From Octopus sinensis (taxonomy: Eukaryota): a DNA stretch of 64,000 bases. The notes beneath the pieces were generated by a model. It saw only the letters and a list, made by a program, of their open reading frames with translations, had not been told where the DNA came from and ran no database searches. The DNA is taken from assembly GCF_006345805.1 (NCBI RefSeq), contig NC_043001.1, positions 51,460,001 through 51,524,000 on the forward strand, read 5' to 3'. How positions within the stretch are numbered: position 1 is the stretch's first letter; every line of letters starts with the position of its first letter. A program made the translations under genes and the position numbers. Of the stretch, positions 11,928 to 23,415 are shown one piece after another.

Positions 11928-12460
11928 GTTAAGGCAGTGAGCTGGCAGAATCATTAGCACACCAGGCAAAATGCTTAGCTGCATTTCGTCCATCTTTATG
12001 TTCTGGGGTTCAAATTCCGCCAAGGTCAACTTTGCCTTTCAACCTTTCAGGGTCAATAAAATAAGTACTAATTGTGCACTGGGATTGATGTAGCACTGCT
12101 GTAAAGCATTTTCCAGATGCTCTTACAATTTTACCATTTCACTACTTTTAATAGTTTCCAACACAGACATAAAGGTGGGAGAGAGTAGCCAGTGGTACTA
12201 ATTCCAATACTTACTTCAAGGACACCCAAACGATGAAATGTAATATTAATTTCAAGTTTTGGCACAAGGCCAGCAATTTCGGGGTCAGGTGATAAGTCAA
12301 TTACATCGACCCCAGTACTCAACTAGTACTTATTTTATCAACCGCGAAAGGATGAAAGGCAAAGTCGACCCAGGCGAAATTTGAACTTAGAACGTAAGGA
12401 CGGATGAAATGCCGCTAAACATTTAGTCCGGATGTTAATAATTATGCCAGTTCGCCGCCC
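11550..12460. mobile_element. Cluster of three SINE family B copies (two plus, one minus)
   Basis: Heads AAGGCAGTGAGCTGGCAGAATCATTAGCAC at ~11550 and ~11930, and the CTTTGCCTTTCA..CTTTC.GGG core. A minus-strand copy lies at 12250-12460. These have a different 3' tail from the copies at 336-730. Confidence 0.75.
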
Positions 12461-12717
12461 TGCTATGAAACGTTAATACTGACATCGTGTATATTGTCCC
12501 TAATATTTTAATCAACTATTGGAGTTATTTCCCTTGATCGCTGTTTCCCCTTTGAGAAAGAGTTGTTTCTCTTGGCTGCTTGTGAAACATCTTTCAATTT
12601 AACACACGTGTAAAAAACAACAAAACCTGCGGTATTTGTATATTTCTCGAAATACCCATGGCTGATAACCAAACATTATTATGATGGATACCAATCGATG
12701 ATGCTTAAATGTTTGAA

Positions 12718-12791
12718 TGAAGAAGAAGAAGAAGAAGAAGAAGAAGAAGAAGAAGAAGAAGAAGAAGAAGAAGAAGAAGAACAACAACAAC

Positions 12792-12833
<42 letters not shown>

Positions 12834-12841
12834 GCAACAGC

Positions 12842-12875
<34 letters not shown>
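12718..12875. repeat. (GAA)n-(CAA)n microsatellite
   Basis: Directly visible. The poly-E/N ORFs are artefacts. Confidence 0.95.
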
Positions 12876-12876
<1 letters not shown>

Positions 12877-14122
12877 AAAGGTGTTAAAGTATAATGATGT
12901 TGAGAATGAGGAAGATATGATGACGACGACCGCGGCGACAATAACAGAGATAGTTATTTCCATATGGAAGCAAAATATTTAGCAACATATTATTGCTATG
13001 AAAATCATATTCTCCGACTGGTCTTCTGTTTGTCATACTTCTCTTGACAATAAAATATAGCACCAGTTAAATGTTAGGGTTTAACTGCTATATTATTAGA
13101 GTCGAATTCATCAACTATATACGTGATAGTTAAAAACTGGGTCCTTATGCTTACAGTAGAAATCATTTGTTATTTAGTTCTTGGTCATTTCCTGATAGAG
13201 TACACCTATGAAAATAATTAAAAAACAATTCTACTGTGACCATGCTTTCTTTTAGATATAAAAGATTATTTTGTTAGATTATCAATTATTTATTTATTTA
13301 TTGGTTAGTTTGTTTGTTTGTTGAAGGTGGTTAGATGTGATTTGAGGATGACTTGGCCATTATTTGCAGCCAGCAGAGTGACTACATAGAAGTTTCCTCA
13401 TTGGTTAGCAAATTATTATTACTTTTTTTTTTTTTTTGCTGCTTTGCCCCTTCAGGGTCAGACCTGGACAAGCAGATCTATGCGAACAAAAATTCCAATT
13501 TTTTTTGTACCCTGGTTTGATGGGATAAAAAAAAAAAGAGAGAAAAAGAAAGAAAAAGATAGGTTTGAACTTTTGAAAAGGTCTGAAAAGGGACGTAAGA
13601 AAATATTGTAGTAGATTTACTTTCGTGTTCAACAATTAAATACTTGAGGAGTTCACTTCCCACTGGGAAGGATTATACTTAATTTAAAGACGCTTCTTTG
13701 TCACATGTTGAGTTAAGTTGAGTCTACTTGAGAATTACACTATGGACACATGTGCTATCTGTCTGTAGAATACTGATTGCACTGTATAGCACGAATTTTG
13801 TCTTTGGGTAGCAACTGGTATTTCCTGTTTGCTTACCCTTAGAAAGTATGAAAAATAGCTAATATTTCCTTCAAACTTTGATTTTGTTACATTCATTCAA
13901 ACCCCAAAGAATCCTGCTCAACACATGACTGCAATGCTCCCCCACTATTCCTGCTTGTGCTCAGAGATGTACATATTGTCAACCACTAAGGGACATGCTC
14001 AAGCGGTTAAGGTCAAGTAAATGACAAGATAATCTGTGGTATTGAGCAGAATATATGTTATAACGATATTTCTGCTTCAGCAACTCAGCACTAAATCTGT
14101 CTGAAATGTATTGGAAAATAGG

Positions 14123-14399
14123 TCAGTTTCAAACTCTGATGTCCAGGTTACAAAAGCAAAGTTTGAAGGGAAGAGTAGTCATTTCCTTTGATTTCTAGAT
14201 GGAATCAAATAGGAAATACCACTGATTAAATTTGTATATAAATAACACTGCATAACAAATTTTAATTTTTCTTTCTTTTTTTATGTATTTAATCAGTAAG
14301 TGTTATTTCCTATTTGATTCCATCTAGAAATCAAAGGAAATGACTACTCTTCCCTTCAAACTTTGCTTTTGTAACCTGGACATCAGAGTTTGAAACTGA
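14123..14399. repeat. Fold-back element, 96 bp perfect arms with 85 bp spacer
   Basis: 14123-14218 is the exact reverse complement of 14304-14399. Confidence 0.9.
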
Positions 14400-14435
<36 letters not shown>

Positions 14436-14455
14436 TGGATGCCTGTCATCAAATT

Positions 14456-15010
14456 TGATTTCGATTTCACTTACGATCACGCTCGAATGGTGTCTTTTAC
14501 GTGCCACCGGCACAGAAGCCAATTAGCCACTCTGGCAACAATCACGCTCGGATGGTGCTCTTAGTGCCCCACCAGCACGGATGCCAGTCATCAAATTTGA
14601 TTTCGATTTCACTTGCCTCAACAGGTCTTCACAAGCAGAGCTTAGTGTCCAAAGAAGGAAAGGTACGTATAAGTGGGCTGGTTACGCTCCTGGCATAGGC
14701 TACAAGGTTATGGTCTCATTTGACTTGCCGGGTCTTCTCAAGCACAGCATATTTCCAAAAGTCTCAGATACTTGTCATTGCATCAGTGAGGCTTAAAATT
14801 CGAAGGTTGTGCTTCACCACTTCATCCCAGGTCTTCCTGGGTCTAATCTCTTCCACATGTTTCCTCAACTGCTAGGGTTTGGCACTTTTTCACACGGCTA
14901 TCCTCATCCATTCTTGCCACATGACCATACCAGTGCAGTCATCTCTCTTGCACACCACATCTGATGCTTCTTAGGTCCAACTTTTCTCTCAAGGTACTTA
15001 CACTCTGTTG
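14456..15010 (-). mobile_element. RTE-clade LINE 3' end
   Basis: Minus translation ...LREKLDLRSIRCGVQERRLHWYGHVARMDEDSRVKKC... matches the RTE RL.W.GHV.RM motif, followed by 3' UTR. Confidence 0.8.
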
Positions 15011-16737
15011 AGTATGCACTCTGTCGAGTACTTACACTCTGTCGAGTACTTACCCTCTGTTGAGTGCTTACATTCTGTCAAGTACTTACATATATATATA
15101 TAGAGAGAGAGGAGGTGGGAGAGGGAGCGAGAGAGAAAGGGAGGGAGGGAGGGAGAGAGAAGTGGTAAGGTGCGATTTGAGGGTAATTTGGCTGTTATGT
15201 CTTCCAGGTTAGATTTCCATACAAAGCAATAGGACTTGCGAGGTTTGAAGTAAAAGTGGGTAGGGAGCAGATAAACGGTAATGGGTAATTAAACTAGGTG
15301 CTTGTTTTTCTTTTTCTTTTTTTTTTTTAGGATATTCAGCCTACAATCATAATATCATGAGTTCGATTCCCGGCGGTGCGTTGTGTCATTGAACAAGACA
15401 GTTGGCAAAAATGGGTAGTACCTGTATTTCAAAGGGCCTGCCTTTTCACACTGTGTCATGTTGAATCTCCCTGAGGACTACGTTATGGGTACACGTGTCT
15501 GTGGAGTGCTCAGCCATATGCACGTTAATTTCACATGCAGGCTGTTTCATTCATCGGATCGACTGGAACCCTTGTCATCGTAAGCACTGGAGTGTCAATA
15601 AATAAGTCTTTGAATTTACCACCATCATGGTAAAGAAAGATTTAATGGATGTAAACGCTTATGTTGTTTATCTCACATCGTTTATATTTCAGTTCTTTTA
15701 TTATTATTACTATTAGTCAATATGTTAATTATTTAACCAATTAACTCACCGATTGTTTGATTAATCATCTATTTAACCAGTCATTCGATTAGGTTTGTTA
15801 AAATCCCTCCGAAACCTTTGAATCCTTGTTGATAAAAGAGAAGGGCAAAAATAAATTTCACTAATAATTTTTGTGAAGTGGAGAGAGGTTAGTACTTGTC
15901 AGTTTAAGAACCCCTAGCATTGAGAGTCTATCATTAGTTTAAGTTGCCTCATTGGATCATTTAATTCCATATTATAATTGGACAGGTGTCTTCTTCAGTT
16001 ATCCAGCCATCTCTTCAGTTATCCGACCGTTGAAAATATGCCCATTTTGGTGGGAGGGGACTAGTCGATTACATTGACCTCAGTGTTTCACTGGTACCTA
16101 ATTTATTGACCCCGAAAGGATGAAAGGCAAAGTCAACCTTGGCAGAATTTGAACTCAGGACATGAAGACGGGCAAAAATGCTGCTGAGCATGCTGCCCTA
16201 ATAATAATAATAATAATTAGATGAAGAAGAATTCTCGACTAGACATTTCAAGGCAGTGCTCCACTATGGCCACATTCTATTGACTGAAACAAATGAAAGA
16301 AAATAGTAGCGATAGTTCAATCAATTAAAATCCATAGGTTGTATGTGCACAACAAGCCATACGACTTCTTCCCTCCATTTTTTCCTGTCATCAGCGAAAC
16401 ACATTTTTTCTACCATTTCCCATCCTTTCCTTTCTTTGGTAGTACAATGAAATAAGTAGAAAAGGAAGCAAAGTGAATGTATCTTTGTCAATATTGATAA
16501 TGATCAGTGAATGCTTCGATAGACCTGACCATCTACCCACGGAATTTGTATATAAATAACACTGCATAACAAATTTTAATTTTTCTTTCTTTTTTTTATG
16601 TATTTAATCAGTAAGTGTTATTTCCTATTTGATTCCATCTAGAAATCAAAGGAAATGACTACTCTTCCCTTCAAACTTTGCTTTTGTAACCTGGACATCA
16701 GAGTTTGAAACTGAGTATATATATATATATATATATA

Positions 16738-17112
16738 CTCTTTACTCTTTTACTTGTTTCAGTCATTTGACTGCGGCCATGCTGGAGCACCGCCTTTAGT
16801 CGAGCAAATCGACCCCGGAACTTATTCTTTGTAAGCCCAGTACTTATTCTATCGGTCTCTTTTGCCGAACCGCTAAGTGACGGGGACATAAACACACCAG
16901 CATCGGTTGTCAAGCAATGCTAGGGGGACAAACACAGACACACAAACACACACATATATATACATATATACGACAGGCTTCTTCCAGTTTCCGTCTACCA
17001 AATCCACTCACAAGGCATTAGCAGAAGACACTTGCCCAAGATGCCATGCAGTGGGACTGAACCCGGAACCATGTGGTTGGTTAGCAAGCTACTTACCACA
17101 CAGCCACTCCTG
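16738..17112 (-). mobile_element. Full-length SINE family A
   Basis: Head GCGCAGGAGTGGCTGTGTGGTAAGTAGCTTGCTAACCAACCACATGGTTCCGGGTTCAGTCCCACTGC and tail GTAAAAGAGTAAAAGAG. Confidence 0.9.
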
Positions 17113-17115
17113 CGC

Positions 17116-17229
<114 letters not shown>

Positions 17230-18084
17230 TTATCTTATAAGTTACTGGGCTCAGCACCGCCTCAGAGAGATTTGTCAGACAAACCTCCCCCACCACCAGT
17301 ACTTATTATTTTTACCGAACTGTTAAGTTACAAGGACGTAAACAAACCAACGCCAGCTGTCAGACTTTGATAGGAAACAAACACGAAGACACACACACCC
17401 ACACCCACCCACATACGAAGATACACAATGTAGTCCGATATATACTAAGCACGAAAACAAAGACGGTGGTTGATCACAGCTCGATTGCTCGGAATCTCTT
17501 CGATCAGAACTGATCTGAGCTTAATACCACCCACATAAAAATCTATATTCTTTACAAGACATATTCACACTGATATAAAATAAATAATATACAAAGCGGG
17601 TGATACAATATGATGAATTTATAAATAGATAGATGAAATAACTTACATTGGTTCACTCAACTGAAAGGACGTTGTCTACCAGTTTGTCGTTACTCTGGGA
17701 TACGGTTGCTAAGGAATTAGAGGGAAGTAATAATTTTTTTTTATTAATTATTTCTCTCCGTATTTATATATAACACATTCTATTGCATAATTTGAATTCG
17801 TATATATTAATTATATTTTAGATGCTAATTAAGTTCCGAACGTAATTTAAAGAAGGGGTCTAAACAAAAACGATTCTACTAAGTCTAAACAAAAGACGAA
17901 TTAAGTCACGTCACATCGCGTTGACAATATGTTGAGTTACTTCCCCTATAACCAAGTTAGCGACTTGTTTATGTTTATACGAGAGGAGATACCCGGCGTT
18001 GCTCGGATTAAACCGGCATAATTTTTTTTTATTCTTTTGTTTCAGTGATTTGACTGTGGCCATGTTGGAGCACCACCTTTAGTC

Positions 18085-18520
18085 GAACATAAAGAAAGAA
18101 AGCAGGAGGGAGGGAGAAAGAAAGAGTGAAAGGGGGAGAGAGAAGGAAAGAAAGAAAGAAGGAGGGAGGGAGAGAGAAAGAAAAAGGAAGGAAAGAGGAG
18201 GAAAGAAAGAGGGAGGAAAAAAGAAAGAAGGAAAGACAGAATGAAATAAATAAATAAACAGGGAGGAAGAACGAAAGAAAGAGGGAAAGAACGAAAGCAA
18301 GACAGAAGGAGAAAAAAAGGAGGGATGGAGAAAAAGGAAAGAAAGAAAGGAAGAAAGAAATGAAGAAGGAAGGAAAGAAAGAAGGCAGGAAGGAAGAAAA
18401 GAAGGAAGGAAGTAAAAAAGAGGGAGAAAGAAAGGAGGAAGGAAGGCAGGAAGGAAAGAAGGAAGGACAGAAAGAAAGAAAGAAAGAAAGAGGGAGAAGG
18501 AAAGAAACAAAGTGAAAATG
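18085..18520. repeat. Purine-rich (GAAA/GGAA)n low-complexity tract
   Basis: Directly visible. The F/L/S-rich minus-strand ORFs are artefacts. Confidence 0.9.
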
Positions 18521-18889
18521 AAGAGAAAAAATTGTGAGAGATGTGGGAGAGAATTTGATGAAAACTAAGAAAGTTAAAGGGAGAGAAAATGAGAGTGAAA
18601 ACATAGAGGTCAATGTTTAGGTATATGTGGCAAAACTCACTTTAGACATTGAATAAATGAAAATGAGAACTAAGTGTGTTATTGTCCAGTGGGAACCTAC
18701 AGAAAAACCTAACGACATAGATTTAAACGCAAGACTATGTGAAATACACTGAAGACAATTTCTAGACAAAAGTTATTTCGTGTTAGTTAAAGAGAGAGAC
18801 AGAGAGATAGAGAGAGGAGAAAAAGGAGTGAAAGAAACAGACATGAAAGGAACAGTGACAGGTGTTGAGATTGAAATAAAAAGGAAAGA

Positions 18890-19256
18890 GAGGCGCAGGA
18901 CTGGCTGTGTAGTAAGTAGCTTGCTTACCAACAACATGGTTCCGGGTTCAGTCCCACTGCGTGGCACATTGGACAAGTGTCTTCTTGGGCCGACCAAAGC
19001 CTTGTGAGTGGATCTGGTAGACAGAAACTGAAAGAAGCCTGTCGTGTATATATGTGTATGTGTGTCTGTGTTTCTACCCCCACCATCGCTGACAACCGAT
19101 GTTCGTATGTTTACGTCTGCGTAACTTAGTGGTTCAGAAGAATAACCGATAGAATTAGTACCAGGCTTACAAAGAATAAGTCCTGAGGTCGATTTGTTTG
19201 ACCAAATGCGGTGGTCCAGCATGGCCGCAGTCAAATGATTGAAACAAATAAAAGAA
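18890..19256 (+). mobile_element. Full-length SINE family A
   Basis: GGCGCAGGACTGGCTGTGTAGTAAGTAGCTTGCTTACCAACAAC...AAATGATTGAAACAAATAAAAG. Confidence 0.9.
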
Positions 19257-19898
19257 TGAACGAATAAACATAGAGAGAAAGAGAGGGAGATAGAGAGGCA
19301 GGGTGAGTGAAAGAAACAGACATGGAATTAAAGAGAGGAACAGTGACAGATTTTAAGATTGTAAAAAAGGAAAGACAAAAGATAAATAAACAAAGAGAGA
19401 GAGAGAGAGAGGGGGAGCGAGAGAGAGAGAGGGAGAGAGAGAGAGAGGGGGGAGAGAGAGAGAGGGTCTGTTCAGTTTGGCACAGATTTTTGTTAATCAA
19501 TATTTTTTAACTGAACAGTTTGAAACTTCATATACTGGTGGAATTTCTCACGCCGAAGACGGTTTACTTTGATCATTTCTGAAAAAAGTTTCCTATTTTA
19601 GAAGTTATTTCGTGTTAAAGTTGTCGTATTTTGGTAATTTTAACCAATCAACGACGTGTATTCAGTTGAAAAAAGCTACTGTTGTTTGCAATAGTAATCG
19701 AAGAGGAACAACTTCAGGATCATCTCTACTAAATGTCACCAATCTGTTATTTTCGTATGTCGAGTGAAGACAATGCCACCTTTATCCTTTCTAGTCAGCA
19801 TCGTGCATTCCTTTACTCATTTCTTGCCTGTTGGCAGACAACCATTTCTTCACTATCAACTAGAAACTAGCGAACCAAATTCTCACTGCCACTACAAT

Positions 19899-20125
19899 TA
19901 TCATATTTTCCAGTGTATAAGCTGCTATTTTTTACCTGGAAAATTTAGAGTGCAGCTTATAGAAAGGTGCGCCTAATATGTGTACTTTTTTTATAAGTTT
20001 CGGGAGGAAAATCATTTGTGTATGGAGATCGACTGATTCCACTAATTTTTTCAGAGGGAAGATCTGTTGGTGAACAACGAGAAAGACTACGGCTATAGTA
20101 CATTGGTGTGTCTGCAAGAAAACAA
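19899..20125. mobile_element. pogo/Tc2-like DNA transposon terminus
   Basis: TATCATATTTTCCAGTGTATAAGCTGC...GTGCAGCTTATAG resembles the TACCGTATTTTCC..TATAAG.CGCAC terminal motif of pogo/Tc2-type elements. Confidence 0.45.
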
Positions 20126-20226
20126 AGCATATTTGTTTTGTTTTTCCTTCATGTTTTGATAATGTTTAGAAATATTAAATTTCTAAATATCTCATGGAGA
20201 TATGTACGGTGGTGGGGCGATAGAAA

Positions 20227-20360
20227 GGTTGTATACTGTCAATTTAACGTGACAGTAGGGGATTACACCACCGCTGTTTAGCGGAGGCGTCGATGCTTCC
20301 TAGGGTTAAACAGCGGTGGTGTAATCCCCTACTGTCACGTTAAATTGACAGTATACAACC
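20227..20360. repeat. Perfect 54 bp hairpin with 26 nt loop
   Basis: 20227-20280 is the exact reverse complement of 20307-20360. Confidence 0.95.
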
Positions 20361-20699
20361 ATTCTTTGATAATGTTATTTTTAATCTAATAAAGACTTTT
20401 ATATTGACGAAATGTGTTTGTTGTTGATTATAGAAGGATAAAGTCATAACAAAAACAATATATCTCATAGTTGTAAAAATAATGCATTTTGAAACTAGAT
20501 ATATGTCAACAACAAAAAAGCTAGCTGCGGACTCGTAACTCTATAAGTGTTTTAAACACAGGTGCGCTTGGAAATATCGATGTCGGGCAACGAATAAATA
20601 TATGTAAATAATACTATGTAAATAATACTATGTAAATAATACAGTGGTTAGGGCAGCGGACTCGCGGTCGGAGGATCGCGGTTTCGATTGGTATTTGGG

Positions 20700-21240
20700 C
20701 AGTGTGTTGCATATCTCAGGGACCCCAAAATTACTGGTATAAACCTGAACATGTAGCCTGGATAGAGTAACTGCAGAGATTTCTCAACAGTTCAGCGTAG
20801 GTATTCTCCTTTTCACAGATATTCAGTTTTATGTTAACAACTGCTGGGCTGCTGATTTCTACAACTGTGCACAGTTTCTCTTCTCTATTCCAAATCATTA
20901 CATCGGGTCTGTTGTGCTTACAGTTTATTGAGGTCTTCACTGGGACATTCCACCAGTACTCCTTTTTATTATGAGCCTCTATGGCTTATTATTTATTTGT
21001 CCTCGTGGTTATCCTTCCGACGTGTTTCATTATAGAATGTCCTAGCTACAACATCATGTCTCATCGGTAGATAATACCATGATGACATTTTCGGACAATT
21101 GCTTATGATGTGGGTGATATCTTCGGTGTTAACTCCACAAATTCTGCGTCGGTTGTCACATTTTCTTTTCCTGCATCCCCATCAATTTTGTGCATCAGTT
21201 ACTTGGTTGATAGTTCCTTTTCCTGGATTGCAAACGCATA
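20700..21240 (-). mobile_element. Degraded RLE-type (R2 superfamily) LINE endonuclease fragment
   Basis: ...EYWWNVPVKTSINCKHNRPDVMIWNREEKLCTVVEISSP...EKENTYAELLRNL is the W...(K)HN(R)PD..E..K.Y RLE motif. Confidence 0.75.
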
Positions 21241-21429
21241 CCTTTCATGTATGTATGTATGTATGATTGCATGCATGCATGAATGCATGATTGCATGCAT
21301 GCATGAATGTATGATTGCATGCATACATTCATGATTGCATGCATGCATGAATGTATGATTGCATGTATGTATGCATGTATGTATGTATGTTTGTATGCAT
21401 GCATGTATGTTTGAATGTTTGTTTGTATG

Positions 21430-21776
21430 TGTTGTATCGTATATATCCTCGGCGTCACTTTTGCTTCGTGGAGTTGTATGCCACTTTTATAACGTGGACT
21501 TATAACTGTGGGATATACGATACTACGAAACTAGGTAGACCAACTGCCTCCGCTTGATGTATTCCCAAATACTCTGCTAACAACTGTAACCAATCGAAAA
21601 CAACTCCGAACGAATTATAACAACTTCTCAACAACAATTTTCTGCGACTCCACGAACTTTACGAACGACACTTTTCGACTTCCTGCGATTTCTCCTCTCT
21701 CTGCTCAGTCAAACACGCTACTACTTATATGAGCTCCGCTTGTCCATTCTCACAGGGTGTGTCATGATTCTTGACA
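21430..21776 (-). repeat. 3' LTR of the Gypsy relic
   Basis: Direct repeat of 25943-26288 (roughly 80% identity by eye), adjacent to the PPT. Confidence 0.85.
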
Positions 21777-21999
21777 TAATATCTCCCCTTTTGAGATTTG
21801 ACTTCTGTAGAAAGTGCAACATGTTTATTTAATTTTATTCTATTTTTCATCATCATCTCTCCCTTGTTTGAGATTTTAATTTCCTGAGACATTTTAATAC
21901 TTCCTTCGCTTAGGGACTATTTCTAGTCCTGTTTGTTTACGTGTTATATTGCTGCCCGCCTAGCTTCAACCGCTTTTGGTGTTGGAATATCGACCAAGT

Positions 22000-23380
22000 C
22001 ATAAAAAAACTTCCATCGTGATTTCTTCCCTTTTTTTCTGTACGTCCAGTCTTCAACTGGTTCAAATGTCATTTGTGATATCCTATTTGACCTTTTATTA
22101 TGTACACCATACAGCCTATTCTCTTCGTCACTATACTGTCCTCCCAACTTTTTCTTCCATTCTTAAATATTTTGAAATGTACTTTATCTCCCACATTAAA
22201 ATACTTTGTTGTGTTTCTTGGGTTTTCCTTATAAGGTTTTTTTGCAGGTAACAATTTATCAAATATTAGTTTCATCTTCCGGGTGAACATTAGCTCTGAG
22301 GGCAACTTGCCTGAACATGTGTTCGGGTTAGGTGTTACCCTGTAAAACCTTTAGACCTGAGTTAGCGCTGCATCATTGCCTAATTCATTTTTCTGATTTG
22401 TTTAGTGTTTGCTTAAATGTGTCTACGAACCTTTCTGCTTGTCCATTTGAACTCGGGAGGTACGATGGAGTAGAGATGTGATTGATTGCATACTTCACAC
22501 GGAAAGTTTTAAATTTGTACCCCGAAAACTGCCTTCTGTTATCCGATGCTATGGTGTCCGGGACATCGTATGGATCTTTTCGGTTTGAACGGCAGTTTTT
22601 TCTAGCGGTGTCATATGAAATTGTCACCCATAATTATGACCCTAGTATCGATCTATTGCATTTCAATCTCTTTTAGGGTTAGGGGTGGGGGGAAGGGTAT
22701 CTTTTTTTCTTCACAAATGTAAATAAACCCAATCTGTTTCTTGAACGAGGGACATATTCATACGGCACAGAATGGGTTTTTTTTTACCTCAATGGACGTC
22801 ATAGATTGGTTTTTTTTTACCTCAATGGACGTCATAGATTGGTTGAAATTGCAGAAATTGAAGACAAAAAAACAACAAATATCTTACAAACTATAAAATT
22901 TTCTCAATAAAGCCAAGAGAAAAAGATATTTTATAAACACATTATACCAGTATACGAAGTTTAGAATTTTTTAGTTACCTAGAAATTATGTTAAAAACTG
23001 CCGTTCAAACCGAAAAGATCCCATCGCATAACGTAAAAGTATATGAAGAAACCTTATTGTTACCTTCGAGGTTGGTTGACTACATTTACATATCTCCGGT
23101 CACCTAGTATAGCTGTGTACTATGATTAGATAATAGCGCCGTTTATCAGTCCAGCAAAATCTATATGTGGTGACATTGCTGCTAGAGGATTTCACCAATT
23201 GTTCAATATCACGGTCTGTAGTTGGCCAATACGCGTAACTCCTCATTACTGATTTCATTCTTGAAACCCCTGGGCACCCCATATGAAATTCACTTAACAC
23301 ACGAAATTGTAGTGCGGTTGGCACTACAACTCTGTTTGTACATCGACACATTATCACAGAGAAAAATGGTTCGCATTTGT
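22000..23380 (-). pseudogene. Gypsy integrase (zinc-binding and core) remnants
   Basis: RVVVPTALQFRVLSEFHMGCPGVSRMKSVMRSYAYWP and YDVPDTIASDNRRQF...PSSNGQAERFVDTFK. Frameshifted and interrupted by the 22572-23021 insertion. Confidence 0.85.
22572..23021. mobile_element. 450 bp MITE with 29 bp perfect TIRs inserted in the integrase
   Basis: GGATCTTTTCGGTTTGAACGGCAGTTTTT (22572-22600) and its exact reverse complement (22993-23021). Superfamily not determined. Confidence 0.8.
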
Positions 23381-23415
23381 GTTACGTATATTTTAATTTT
23401 ACTTTACCTTTAACG

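Noticed and set aside
20640-20700. Possible tRNA gene
   Set aside because: It is the truncated tRNA-derived head of SINE family C (compare 7420-7497) and lacks a complete acceptor stem.
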